Assembly: GCA_001643675.2 (NCBI GenBank) | Contig: LSRY02000043.1 | Span: 1-64,000 of the forward strand | DNA length: 64,000 nucleotides | Origin: Monocercomonoides exilis PA203 | Lineage: Eukaryota > Protista > Preaxostyla | Direction of reading: 5' to 3' | Shown: positions 47,659 through 60,549 of the stretch, in pieces | Layout of the letters: each line of letters begins with the position of its first letter | How positions within the stretch are numbered: position 1 is the first letter of the stretch | Notes under the pieces: generated by a model | Seen by the model: only the letters and a program-made list of their open reading frames with translations | What the model was told of the DNA's origin: nothing | The model's database searches: none | Translations under genes and position numbers: made by a program

Positions 47659-48296
47659 TTATTGAGGGTTAAGTTTGAAGTCAATCTGGAAGTTCAGGAG
47701 AATTTCAAACACAAACACAACTGTTATAAAGATGAATTCAGTAAGAGTGTAGTTAATGAAACGAGTGTTCTGATTTTTCGAGTAGTACCAATAACCTCCA
47801 CAGGTTCTGAGATAGTAAATCCATGTGAAGATAAAGTGGATAAGCGTTCCAATCAAATACAAGTAAATAAAGACTGAATTCTTGCACGGGATTATCATCA
47901 ACACGCACACAACGATGCCAATTATGCTACATATGAATAATGTAATAATGCTCCAATCAATGGAATTCTTATATCCACATTGACCTTCAAAGAAAAAGTG
48001 AATCATCCAAAACACAGTTGTTCCGACAAACATGCATAATTGGAAAATAATAAACCATTTACTCCCTAAATAAAAGCAAAATCAACGTTATCAATTTAGA
48101 TATTTCTATTAAATTTAAAGAAAGAAGACATACATGGGAAGCACAATGTTTTAGACTTTGCAATATAATGAAGCAAAACAATCACGAACATGCACGTTTG
48201 GATAATCAAAATTATGATTGCAAATGCAAATAATGCATCTCTAGTTGAGGTGCAAGATTTAACATAATCTTTTGCTGCTGATAATTCGAAGTCCAT
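47659..48296 (-). CDS. Small 4-TM membrane protein, one intron
   Basis: GT-AG intron (~48133-48067) joins MDFEL...LCFP to WSKWFIIFQLCMFVG in frame. Four hydrophobic segments. Confidence 0.7.
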
Positions 48297-48622
48297 TTAA
48301 AATATTAACTATAAAACTGATGCCCCATTATTTCGTACAGTTAAAGTATCCTATTTAGGGTTCTTTTTTCCGGAAATGTTTTCAAAAATGTAATGATTCC
48401 AAAAATTGTCTTCAAGTTGGTATTATTTGTGAAAAGACTATTATTTGATGATTATCAAAAGTCAAATCTAATAATGGTTACACAATTAGGATGGTTATCT
48501 TTCTGTATTCACATGGATACATTTTCATAAAAATTCATTAAATTTGAATTCATATATTCTTTATTTTCTATTTTCTTTTCTTTCCATAATATTGATCATG
48601 TTAGAAAATTTTGTATATCATT

Positions 48623-50417
48623 ATGCAAAATAAAGCTGATAAAAATATTATCGATGGTTTGCTTTCTTAAGTTGATTTATAGTGACTTATGTATTCATTG
48701 AATGGTTTTTTATATCTGGAATAATATTACAAAATGTACATAAAATAAAAGCAGATGAAAAATTGCTTTCAGATTGGGAGATTAGCTTGATTGCGAGAGA
48801 GAAAGAAAGGCAACAATTGTTTGAACAGGAGCATAGTTTGGCTGTGGAAAGAATGAGAGTATGCTGCAAAAATATTTTTTTAGTATAATTTTTTTATAGA
48901 AACTTCAAGAAGAAAGAAATGAAATGAAAAATGCTGTATTTTTACAACACGTTTTTGATTTAGCTGATGAACATGAAAAATTCTTCCTCAAAATTACTGG
49001 AGACATTGCAAGAAAAGAGACAAAAGAAAATCTTGTGAAGCAACTTGAATTTAATGAATGGAATGAAAAAGTTTTCTGTAGAACGCAAAAATGTGTTGAA
49101 AATTCCATTATCCATAAAAAGCAAAGTAGGACATCAGAACAATGTAAATCTTTACAGGAATTTAATCAAATAGAACCAAATTCAAAACATCATCTTCTTC
49201 CATACTCAAAGGAAACTGTAAACTTTCATCAAAAGGATCTTTTAGACTCTAAAGCTCCAATATCATTCACTTCGGGTACCTCATTTGAGTTTGATAATGA
49301 AGAACTTACCAGATCAGCAAAAAAAGAAATTCCAAAATTACCATTGATATCACTCACGACCTTTGATACGAAGCAACCCTCGTTTGAACCATTATTTACG
49401 ACATCTCCACGATTTCTTACAAGCAGACCAGTTCCAAACAAATATCATTCATCATACAAAAGGAAATGGCGAAGGCAAAGATTAGGAATTCGAGACTCCC
49501 TTGTGACTTCAAGGGAATGTGGAAGTAAAAGAGAGTTGGTTGTATTAGCTGCGAATGACAGAAGTCCTGAAAAAAGAGAAAAGACGTGCAACTTTCGTGT
49601 TTCTGGCCAAGGCAAAGTGGATGCGCATGGCATGTCTATTTCAACGAGTGTGCCCAAAGAAATAGAACAAATCTCTCCTTCCTCTTTTCTTCAAATCATT
49701 ATGTCGCCAAAGACATCTGCTTCTTCGTGCTCAACAGAACTTTCAAATTCACTTTCGTCGCATCGTCGTTCTTGCGACCCGTCTTCTTTTCCTCTTCCGC
49801 TGGAGATCAACAGCCCCAAAACGTCTTATTCCCTCCGCTCGTCTTTCCAACGTGACGGCTTGGCAACCGCTCCGTCGCTTTCTTCTCGTTTTTCTCGCAC
49901 TCGGCGCTCTTTCCAAAGAGACACACAGCATCTCCCTTCGCTCAAAAGCCAGGACAGCCTGCACAGCTGCCTCACCCCACGCGCTTCAACGACGCAATCC
50001 TCTTTTCGCTCATCAAAAAAACCGGCAGATTATCCTCAAACTTCCTCTGCTTCTGCGTTTTCTCCGACTTTTTCTTCGTTTGCCCCTTCTCCTCTGTCGA
50101 TCTACTCCTCTCCTTCGGCGCCTGTGTTCGGTACGCGCTTCTCTATCGACCCGACGGTGTGGGGCAGCGCTCAAAACTGCGCGTTTTCTGATCGCTCGCC
50201 TTTTGTCGCTTCGAAGAAGAAGGATCTGTTTATTCCGCACAAATTCGAAGAAACAATGAACTGGAACTCATTCGACACGGAAAGCGCTGAAGAGATCAAA
50301 AGGCTCAATTGGCCAAAGTCGATGAAAAAACCGTATTTTTGCATTGATAACACGGCAAAGATATTCAATCAAGATTTGAGAAAGAAAAATGAAGATTTGG
50401 ATAAAAAAGGTGATTGA
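48623..50417 (+). CDS. Hypothetical coiled-coil/Ser-rich protein (weak FAM228-like motif EFNEWNEKVF)
   Basis: 497-aa ORF plus upstream exons joined by GT-AG introns (~48859-48899). Start uncertain. Confidence 0.6.
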
Positions 50418-50764
50418 ATAGTTGATAATTATAAGTGCATATATTTTTTTTTTCTTTTTTAATTTTTTGAAGTCATTATTTATTATATTTATTATAACTT
50501 TATTTGCAAATGCATTTTTGAAACAAGTTATCAGTTATGTCTTAATTTATGGAAAGATATTTACAAATACAAAAGAATAAACAAATATTTATTTTTTTTA
50601 TTAAACAAAAATAAAGATGCAAAAAACAATGAATATAAAAAAACAATAATAAACGTCCAATTTTTTTATTTTTTTATTTTTGTGTTATGTTTTCAAAATT
50701 CAATTAAGCATCCAGCACTTGCATCCAGAATTTCGAAAAAATGTTTAAGGGATATCATTAAAGA

Positions 50765-51402
50765 ATGATTCATTCTATTGTAATAACAAATACAGAGGGA
50801 TATATTGTTTTTAGTGAGTATTTTGTTGAAATGAAAAGTGAGGAAAGAGCTGAGTGGAATCAAAAACTTTTCGAAAAGACGCAATATGACTGGAGCCTTG
50901 GTGGGGAGCAATGTTGCATGATAGGCTCATTACTGTGCGTTTTTGCCCAAGTAAATGATGCGCGAATTTTTGTAGTTGGAGAAGAGGATGAAATACTATG
51001 TATGCTTTGATGATTTTAACGAGAAAAGAGATTTATAATTTTAAAAATCGATTTTGTTTCTTTTCTTTTAATTTTATTTTTTGTGGAAATGAATTCAATT
51101 ACCAAATGTTATATTTTTTTCCTCCTATTGAAAAGTGTATCATTTTCTTGAGTCGCTGCTGACGGTTCTGCAGAAAGTTGTTTTAAAAACAAAAATCACT
51201 TGGAATGGGATTGTTGAGGACTATCCAAAAGTTAGCTTAGCAGTCAGAGAGATGGTTAGTTCGGTATGTTTCTTGTTGCATTTCTTCCCCTCTCTTCACA
51301 AATTGTTCATTTCTTTCAAAGGGTCGAGTGGAACATTTGAATGCTGATCCAATCGACAACATTTTGAAGTTGAAGCAACCTTATTGCAAGGACAAGCATT
51401 GA
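50765..51402 (+). CDS. Sigma-adaptin-like longin protein, most like TSET/TPLATE complex small subunit TSPOON/LOLITA
   Basis: Exons 50765-50999, 51136-51263 and 51322-51402. MIHSIVITNTEG...EERAEW...IFVVGEEDEI...EDYPKVSLAVREMVSSGRVEHLNADPIDNILKLKQP follows the LOLITA pattern as I recall it (MIxAVLFANSEG...EERLHW...VVGKDEYDEL...G.LE..D.D.I..LI.LK.P). Confidence 0.75.
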
Positions 51403-52319
51403 ACATTAAGCAGCATTGCAAAAAAAATATACATTTCAATTGTTGAACTTCATTTCACAAATGTGATGTCCGAAAGCAGTTTGCCAATATCTCCCAAAAA
51501 TGCTTAGAATTCATTTAACTTTGAAAAAATCACTTCATCGCAATTTTGTTAAAATGTAGTTTATTATTTGCATCTATAGTTTCTTTTTATTGTTGAAATT
51601 AAATATTTTAGAAACCAACTGTTTTTTTTTTCTTTATTTGACAAATGAAAGAGTTGTTTTTGGAGGTAAAGATGAAAATTCGTTTCAGAAACCAAATGAA
51701 AAAGTAAATACAAGCAAATACAGAGCTCAATTTTCCAAATAGAGGAACTCCTGTTTTTCTGAAATATTCACGATGGTAATTTCAGGGAAATAATTTCTTT
51801 TGTAATTTTTTTGGTTCGTTCTTCTTCAAACAAGTTCATTTTATTTTAAATATTTCTCCAAGCTCTCGATTGTTGGTAAATGTGGTGTGTGAAGTCTACA
51901 TAAAGGAGGCTAATTATTATTGGGACAAAAAAAAAATAAAAATGAAAGTAAAAATGAAAAAAATACAAGAAAGATATTTCAAAAACAAATTGTGAAGTGA
52001 AGCAGGAATCTAAATGGTTACATTTATGAAGTAAAAGAAATATTGTTAATGAAAATACTTTGTAATTGTGTTGAATGTTCCGATAAAAATAATTATTGTT
52101 CGGCTTCTTTATTATGCTTTCTTTGCTGGTAATTGCTGGAGAAGAATATGAGGAATTTGCAGAGCATTGCGTTTATCAATGGTGAATATACACACAAACA
52201 ACAAGAAAATACAGAAATCAGTATGCAAAAAATTCCAATGCAGAAGAAGAAGAAGAAGAAAAGAAAATTATTTGAAACAGTTTTAAAAAAAAAAGGAAAA
52301 AAAAATTGACAAGTGTTTT

Positions 52320-54800
52320 CTTAAAGAGAAAAACATCCAACAATGATGGTGCTCTCTCTTCGAAGCACAACGATTTCAATCTCTCTTTCTCCCTCTCTTC
52401 CTCTCCTTCTCTCTTCCTCCTTTCAAATACAACAATCAGAAAGATATATCAGCATACAGAAATAAGACGCGGTGTAAAAGTGACCCCTTCCATTTCCTTC
52501 TCTTCTATCATCTTTTTGATCTTCTTTTCCTGCTCCTTCCGCTGCTCTTCCCACTCAGCACTTCGCTTTTCAAAGGGGGGAAGCGAAGCAGCAAGCCTGT
52601 GGGAATAGAAATGGTTGGCAAAACAAACAACAGATTCATAGTGAAAAAGGAAAAAAAAAATTATTTCAAAGTCGAATAAGCAAAATACATAAATTCAAAA
52701 AAGATTTCAAAATATCAAGTCATTCTCTATCATCTCATAATATCATTAACTCAAAAAATCATTTCCTCACCAAAAGTTGTGTGCGATGAATGATAAACAC
52801 ACTTGTGGCTCATCTTTTCTGCTTCCAGTTTTGGTTTGTGTGGCGCTATCAGCTCTTCCTCCTTCAGCACTTGTGCCTCAACCAGCTTTCTGTTCTCCTG
52901 AATCTCATTCCTCTTCAAATACAGCAAGTGAGTGCGATGCAGCGGAGACGAAGAGAAAGAAGAAGAAGATGATGATGATGATGATGAAAGGGAAGGAGAA
53001 GAAAGAGAAGAAAGAGAAGGCGAATTTGCACTGGCTGTGTTTGTCCGAGAAGACGAGCGTGTCGAAGAAAGCGTCTGAGAAAGATGTTCATCGGCAGCCA
53101 GAGCAGACGTCAGCACAGATACATCAGCAGGCTCATCAGCAACCTCACCAGACGGTGCTGCTGTTTGTGGTGAAGTGAGTGCGTCTGCAGAAGATGCCTG
53201 AGAAGGAGAAGAAGGAGAAGCAGAAGGAGAAGAATGCTGAAGTTGTGTTTTGAGAGGCAACGACTTCGAAAACCGAGGAGAGGAAAGAGATTGATGCGCA
53301 AACGACGCCTCAGCGCTCTTTCCAGGCGATTGTGTGTGTGCCAGCTGTTTGGAAGACAAAGAAGAAGGAGAGGAAGGAGGAGAAGAAGAGGAGGAGGACA
53401 AAGACGAAGTGAGAGAGGCTGAAAGAAGCGGGGTGTGTGTGTTCGAATGTGGTGTGGAATGACGTGTGATGAGTTTGGGGGTGAAGGTGCACTCAGGATC
53501 GATTGGCTCAGGCAGCGGTTCTGCAGAAGAAATGGCACAAACACAATATTATTCCATGTTTTGAATTGGATGAGGGAAAGAGAAGGGGGGAAGGGAAAAA
53601 GTTTGATATAATTCAATGAAATAAGGGAAAACAGGATTGTTGCACAATTTTTGGAGTAACAGATAAAATTATTATTGAAAAAAGTGTTTCAAAAAGCAAA
53701 GAATATAAAGCTTCACAGACCTTCTATTTTCTTTTTTGCCTCCACGATTCCATCTTTAAAAGCCTTTTGTGTTGATGTTTTCCCGTAATTTTGAGCCAAA
53801 ATTCTCGACCTTTCGCAGATAGTTGGTGAGTGTGTGCATTCGGCTGGCTTGTCTTTCTTTCTTCGTTCCTCCTCTTTTCTCAGCATCTCTTCTCGCTCTC
53901 TCATTCTCTCTTCATGCTTTTCCTTTGCCAACTCTTTTCTCTCTTCAACATTCAGCTCCCGAAGCGATGGCGCATCAGAAAAAAAGCTTCTTTGGGAAGT
54001 CAAAGAAGCAGGAGTATTTAAAGGCGTATTGTTTTGAGTGCTCTTTGGTGTTTGAATTTTTATCTCTTCCATCATTGACTTTCATTCAAGAATAATTATA
54101 TTACAAATGTTTGCATAATAGTATGTTCAAAATTTTTGAGATGCACACTCTGTGAACAAGTTCTGCTTCCTGTATAGCATATAAACGATCAAATACAGTT
54201 CCGTCTTTTGACGGATGAAATGAAGGCGTGTCTAATGCCTTCATTTGTTGAGAAGCTATTGCTATTTAAAATTTGTTAATATTCATCTTTTGAATCTTTC
54301 GGAAAATAATCAATCAAACTTGTTTTTTCTGTTGTGCCCTTTACAAGAACTGGACATTTTTCTATTATTCCATATGTTTCTTCTTTGTTTCGAACAGGAA
54401 GAGGACCATCTAATAGAAGAGGGTGATCCTGCTAAGAGTTGAGGATTACGCAATAAAATAATAATATCCATATTCAAGCCTAACAACAGATGAGTCATAC
54501 CATTGATATTTGAAAAGCTGTACTTGAAACTTTTGGAGTACCAGCATTTTTAGTCAAAGATTTTGAAAATTTAGTCTAAAGCAAATTTTTTATCAGACAG
54601 TATTTCATCAAAATAACAAAATTCAAATATTAAAATGTATTTCAAATAAATTACAACTTTGACAGATTCTAGTTTTGCATTTGCTGAAGTTAAAGATTTA
54701 ATTTTTTGTAAGTTTTTGGTATATTAAATTGTTGAATAAATTAAATGCATTGAGTCAAACATGCACTCTCTGAAATTGTATCCAGGTATCTGTTTGTCAT
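52320..54800 (-). CDS. Multi-exon hypothetical coiled-coil/Ser-rich protein (VFDRLY, ECTHSPTICERSR motifs)
   Basis: ORFs 53713-54075 and 52751-53401 plus short exons bounded by GT-AG. Both ends uncertain. Confidence 0.55.
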
Positions 54801-55120
54801 GAAAATCAGCTGCCACAAATAAGATTTTTAAGCGAATGTGGATAAATCAGCATATATTACACTTTAGATCATTCAAAAAGATAAAGTTTTTTTTAAATTA
54901 TCCCCAACTATTTCATTAATATGAAAACCAAAAAAGACAGGGATATTACGAAAAAGAAAGAATTGCTTTGGGTTTTTCTGGAATATCAGTGAAGAAATGA
55001 TTTTTGTCGAAAGAATGTTCAATTTCCTGCACAACATTAATTTTTCTATTAACAGGTTTAACTATTTGTAATTAAAAATTTTCATTCGGTATTTTAAGTT
55101 TTTGACATTTCAATTCGTTA

Positions 55121-56320
55121 CACCAAAAATAATTCTAATTCGAAAAAAAATAATTCAAATTCGAAAAAGAATAATTCAATTTCGTAATTAATATTTCTAT
55201 TTCGAAAATTAATAATTCGAATTCGGAATTAATAATTCAAAATCGAAAATTAATAATTCGAATTCGGAAATTAATAATTCAATTTCGTAATTTATTAATT
55301 CGATTTCGAAAAAGAATAATTCAATTTCGAAACGACAATTTTTTGATTTGTGGAATTATTAACTTACGTTTTGCTGTCAAAATACTCTTTATTTTTATCT
55401 CGTGAGGACACTTTGTTTATGAATATTTAAAAAATTATGTATTTTCTTCAAATAATTTTCATTCATTTTGAATGAAGATTTACAGATATCGCATAAAATA
55501 CCGGACATCGCACAAAATACCGGAAAAGAACAATTTCACAATAACCACCAGAGATATTATTCTGTTTTTTTTTCATTAAATGTCTTATTAATTCAAATTC
55601 GTTTGCCATTCAAAACTTTCAAAATAGAATCATTTGTGCTCAGAAATATCAATTTTTGAAATTTCTGAGAAATAGGATTTTGAGTTTCTTCGAGATTTCG
55701 ATGTATATTTTTTCTGAGCACAAATGAAGCTATTTTGAAAGACTTGAATGTCACATGAGTTAGCATTGTTAAGATATACTTTGAGGAAAATTGTCAGAAT
55801 TATTCCTCTTGCAGTTATTGTGAAATCGATCTTGTCCGGTATTTTGTGCGATGTCCGGTATTTTGTGCGATATCTGTATTGACTGAAGTTAATTTGAAAA
55901 GGAAAGAAACACATTTTCATGTTTAAAACCGATATTATTCAAAAATTTGCCAATGAAACAATCACATTATTGTGAAAAAATAATTCAACAATCGTGAATA
56001 AATTCTTTTAAATTTTATTTGGTTATTCAATAGAATGAATTTTTATTAAATTATTATAATTTGAGTGATGATTTTCGAAAATGAAAAAAATTTTTTAAAA
56101 AAATTGATTTATTGATTGTTGCAATTAAAAAAACAGTTTTTTATGAGCAATAAAATTTGATTGGTTAAAAAATAACTTGAACTTTTCTGAAATCCATTCT
56201 CGAGAAAAATTTAAAATTTTAGTTAATAATGAATTTCGAAATTGAAATAATCATTTTCGAAATTGAATTATTAATTCCGAATTTGAATTATTTTTTTTCG
56301 AAATTGAATTATTTTTGGTG
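55121..56320. mobile_element. 1.2-kb Foldback-like element: TA|CACCAAAAATAATTC...GAATTATTTTTGGTG|TA with tandem ~21-bp subterminal repeats
   Basis: Perfect 15-bp TIRs flanked by TA. About 10 AATAATTC(A/G)A(A/T)TTCG units at 55128-55332 and about 4 inverted units at ~56230-56312. Contains the nested MITE. Confidence 0.85.
55483..55876 (-). mobile_element. ~394-bp palindromic MITE, TA|CAG...CTG|TA, copy 2 (inverted relative to 42890-43288)
   Basis: CAGATATCGCATAAAATACCGGACATCGCACAAAATACCGGA ... TCCGGTATTTTGTGCGATGTCCGGTATTTTGTGCGATATCTG. The apex GAGAAATAGGATTTTGAGTTTC is the reverse complement of the copy 1 apex. Confidence 0.88.
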
Positions 56321-56417
56321 TATCAAAATGAAAAAATACATCAAATATTCCTAAATCAATACAAAAAAATTGTAAAAAAAGGTATGTTTAAATAGATATA
56401 AAAAAATCTCTTCTTTT

Positions 56418-56499
56418 GACAAGGTGGCCGAGTGGTTAAGGCGTTAGCCTGCTAAGTTAATTCCCTTTGGGAGCATGGGTTCAAATCCCATCCTTGTCG
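56418..56499 (+). tRNA. tRNA-Ser(GCT)
   Basis: Acceptor stem GACAAGG/CCTTGTC, A-box TGGCCGAGTGG, anticodon arm TTAGC-CTGCTAA-GTTAA, long variable arm, T-arm ATGGG-TTCAAAT-CCCAT, discriminator G and a downstream T-run. Confidence 0.96.
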
Positions 56500-56809
56500 T
56501 TCTTTTTGATTTTTAATATGTTCATTTTATGTTTTAAATGAATGTTTTTTCTTTATTTAGCTTTGTTTTAAAGGAAGAGAATGATATTTTTTATGAAAAA
56601 TTGAAAAGCAAAAGTTACATAATACTCCAATCAATATTTTAACTTAAAATTAATAAAAAATACAACATATAAAAAGGAAGTGAAAATGAAATGATTCATA
56701 AGATGTGTAATATTCATTAAAACACTTAAATATTTTGTGTAGTGGAATATTATTTATAACTTCAGAACAAAACCAAAGTTATATGGAATAATTTATGTTA
56801 AGTTCTTTG

Positions 56810-57820
56810 TTATGTTTTTTTCTTTTTATTTTTCTTTTCAACCTCGTCAATCTTTTCAACAAGCCATTTAAAAGCTTCCTGTATTCCTAAAATAATAATA
56901 ATAATTGAAAGAAAAATGGAAAAATATTTTTTGTAAATCAACATTTCACTTTATTCATGTAAAATATCCTTTAAATACCATCTCCCCGTAAAGCAGAAAC
57001 TCGAAGCAATCTGAAAGGCCTTGAAACTCCCCATTCCGCTGGTTGACAATCTAACGCTGAAGTGACTACATCAAGTGTCTGACAATCTGGAAGATCACTC
57101 TGATGTTTGATGAAAAACAAGAAAAATTTTGTTAAGAGAGAAAAGTCAGTTTGAATCTCAGATGTGTACTTTCAAAATTAATATATGCACACTTTGTTTA
57201 CGCAACACAAAATTGGAATTGAACTGAGTTCAGGTTCTCTAAGTAATTTTTGAAGTCTGTAAAAACAAAACCAATACAAATAACATCAAATTTTAATAAC
57301 TTATCACCAAAAACAAAGTGATGCTAAACTCTTCTTTTGCTTCAGTAAATTTAGATTCATCGGCTCCATCAACAACAAATATACATGCAGAAGCGTCATC
57401 AAAATGTGTACTCCAAAGTTCTCTAATAATCTAAATTTTGTTATCAAAATTAAGTAAGCAAAGAAAAAACTTATCAATACCTTCTGACCTCCCATATCAA
57501 CGATTTCCGCATCATGACCAAAAAGTATCATTCGTTCTTCAATCGACAAATAGTTGGAAAATACTTTTAATAATCACAACAAACCAATGTTTTGCCCCAG
57601 CGTTGGGGGAATGTTTCCAACATTATATTTCTTTCCACTGATTATTTCGGAAATTTTCAATAAAGTTGTTGTTTTCCCTATTAAAAACAGTTAAGTGAAA
57701 AAATCCCATCAATTCCATGAAAAAAGTATTATTTTATAAACGAAAAGCTTAAAAAGTACCAGAATTGTTCAGTCCGAGAAGGAGAATTTTTATTTCTTTC
57801 TTGGAACTGCCACAACCCAT
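56810..57820 (-). CDS. ARF-like small GTPase (ARL), multi-intron
   Basis: Spliced model MGCGSSKKEIKILLLGLNNSGKTT...PTLGQNIE...DMGGQ...VSALRG.GIQEAFKWL...KKKT*. N-terminal MGC acylation motif. Confidence 0.88.
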
Positions 57821-58042
57821 TTAATTTTATTAAGGGTTACTGTTAATGTTTCAAGAATCTTATTTAACCTTTCTATGTTTTTTATTGAACAAAGTTAAAA
57901 GGTTCAGATTTACGCCATCATATTCAAAAAGTAGCTTATTGAAAGTGAATGCGGTTTCATTATTTTTACAGTTTCATATGATGAATTTAAAGAAAATATG
58001 CATGCAACCATTAAGTAATTTGTCTTTTGATCTTTATAAATG

Positions 58043-58050
58043 TATATAAA
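58043..58050 (+). promoter_or_regulatory. Candidate TATA box of Hsp20
   Basis: TATATAAA ~86 bp upstream of the ATG. A lone TTCnnGAA sits at 57850-57857. Both are weak evidence in AT-rich DNA. Confidence 0.3.
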
Positions 58051-58135
58051 TACTAACTTCCATCAAATTTTCAGGCATTTATAAAAACCAATCTTATTGA
58101 ACTTTTTATTGTGTAACAATTACAATTTTACAAAA

Positions 58136-58768
58136 ATGGCTTTGTGGAATTTACGTCATGATTTAAACTCTCTCTTTTCTTCACCATTTGTATTTGATGA
58201 TCCATGGGAAGGATATAACGAACTGAGGCGTAGAACTCTTGATTTGTTTGATACGCACGTTCCTTATCTTGAAGATGGATCCAAAGGAGATTCAGATGGA
58301 GAAGGAGAAGGCAATAATAAAAAGGGAAGGAAAGCTCATTCGTCAACGAATCAAACAGCAATCACAAAAAAGAACTCCGATTCTGCAATAACAAAAATGC
58401 AACAACCATCATTTTGGATGCCTCGATGCGATGTTAAGGAGACAGACAATGAAGTTATAATTTCAGCAGAACTGCCTGGATTGAAAAAAGAAGATATGAA
58501 AATCGAATTTGACGAAGGAAATAACACATTGATTTTATCTGGAGATAGAAAACAAGAGAAAAGCGAAGACAAAAAAACTAAGCACGGGAGATATTATTAC
58601 TCCGAAAGGAGTTATGGATCCTTCAAGAGATCATTTAGACTTCCAGAAGAATGCGCGAGCAAAATATCAGAATGCAGTGCAAAAACAAGTGATGGAATAC
58701 TTGAAATTCATTGTCCAAAAGATGAAAAGAAAGCTGAAAGCAAAAGGAAACAAATATCAATTGAATAA
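58136..58768 (+). CDS. hsp20: Small heat-shock protein (Hsp20/alpha-crystallin domain)
   Basis: PRCDVKET...AELPGLKKEDMKIE...LSGDR...ERSYGSFKRSFRLP...DGILEI..PK...I.IE. Intronless; ATG at 58136. Confidence 0.95.
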   Translation: MALWNLRHDLNSLFSSPFVFDDPWEGYNELRRRTLDLFDTHVPYLEDGSKGDSDGEGEGNNKKGRKAHSSTNQTAITKKNSDSAITKMQQPSFWMPRCDVKETDNEVIISAELPGLKKEDMKIEFDEGNNTLILSGDRKQEKSEDKKTKHGRYYYSERSYGSFKRSFRLPEECASKISECSAKTSDGILEIHCPKDEKKAESKRKQISIE

Positions 58769-59603
58769 TGTGATGAAATTTCTGAATGTTTTTTATTTGT
58801 TTAAGTATTACAATTTATTGTTTTTACTTTTTTTTAAACATTTTCGTTACATATTTTGTAAAATTTTGTATTTTTTATAGCACTTGTTGTTCTATTTCTT
58901 TTCAACCATTCAAAATTGAATCAATATGTCTTTGATTTTATTTTTAATTAAAATAAGAAAAAAAATTTAAGTATATACCAAAGAAAAAGTTGAAAAATGC
59001 ATTTTTTGTTTCGATGAAAAGGAAGAGGAGTTTGTTATCTTTCATTGAATCAGATGATAAAAACAAACAAAGCGCAATTTGCAGTTTCTATAACAAAAAA
59101 CTTAAAAATGAATGAATCAATCAATCAAAAAAAAAAAGTAAATGAAATAAAAATTGTATTTACAACAAATAAGAATATATTTGATAAAAAATATTCCTTT
59201 TAATTCCTCACATTTGCAAATTTCAACAACGAACGAAATGTGCTTATCTTGAAGGACGAAGAGAAAAACTTTTCATTTTTAATTTGTTATTAAAGCTTTT
59301 TGAATAATAGGTTCAACAACAAATTAAAAATGAAAACAAAAATTGCAAATTAATGTTAAAAGTTGTAAATGTAATTTGAAGAAAAATTAGTGCTTCAGGA
59401 AAATAATTAAATGCATTATTTTAATGTGTAAGTATCAAAGAGTCGTAAAGAGAACAAAGATATTAATTTTTTCCAATCAATGTTAAAATCTTTCTTTGAT
59501 GTGCAAATAAAATAACAACAATGATTACCAGAGGACAAGTAGTTCTTGATTTAAAATGAAATAAATTAAGTTGCTGTTAAAACCAGAACATAAAGGATTC
59601 ATT

Positions 59604-60546
59604 TTACTCTGTTTTGTCTTTGTTGGCTTCTTCTGTTGATTCCTGTTGATTTGCTGCAATATCCGAAGAAGGAGAAGCTTCCGCTGATTGGGCAACTTCG
59701 GAAGATGGAGAAGACTCGGGCTGTTGGGTGGTTGAAGAAGATGAATCAGAATGCTTCACTTTGTTAAGAACTTTTGAAACTTGAGGTTCGATGTACTGCT
59801 GATACAATGGTTCAACTTTGGGCCACACTTTTTCCATGAAGATTTGTGCTGTTTTTGTGTGAATGTTGTACTTTATAATTGCAGGTACGATAAGAATTGC
59901 AACGCATGCGGTGAAAGAAAGAAATGCTCCTTTAAATATTTGTGCAAAAATTACACCAAAAATGAGTCCAATTGTTACTAACAATGGAGCATTTGTAGGG
60001 CTTGATAAAATTTTCTTTACTGATTCTTTTTCCGTAACTTTCTTGCAAGAATTTTCACACGCATCAAATGGCTTCATAAAGTAGTCAATTGCTTCGTTAT
60101 CTCTTTTCATCAAAAAAAATTTCATGATAATCAATTAAATAACATTATAAAAATATAACCAAATCAAACCCTCCTTCATTTGGCTGAACCAATTGCAGCT
60201 TCTTGAAGCACACATCGCATAAATAGATCTGAAGGCCAAAAAGGACAAAATATGATATTGTTGTAAGGTCTGTTTTTCTTACAAAACTAAAAATAATTGA
60301 ATCAATGCATATTTCCATATAAAAAAGAATTATTAAATGTTGAAAAAATGTCCAATTAATTATCCGAAAAGATTTCAGAATGACAAACACAAAATCAACA
60401 ATAAACAAAATCCACAGCAAAATGTAGCCAACAATGTTATCCAATCTCAATGAACTATAAATGAAATATGGATAGCCGCTCAATTTGTTTGCAGTTACAA
60501 AGTCTCTAACTTTATCGTGTTTTCCCAAAGTCGCAAATGACTCCAT
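59604..60546 (-). CDS. Multi-pass membrane protein (possibly reticulon/ARL6IP1-like), one intron
   Basis: Two hydrophobic ORFs joined by a short intron (~60160-60105), with long hairpin-like hydrophobic segments and an acidic Ser-rich tail. Confidence 0.6.
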
Positions 60547-60549
60547 TAA

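Noticed and set aside
55128-55332. CRISPR-like array
   Set aside because: Tandem degenerate ~21-mers with no unique spacers, in a eukaryotic context, forming a transposon arm.
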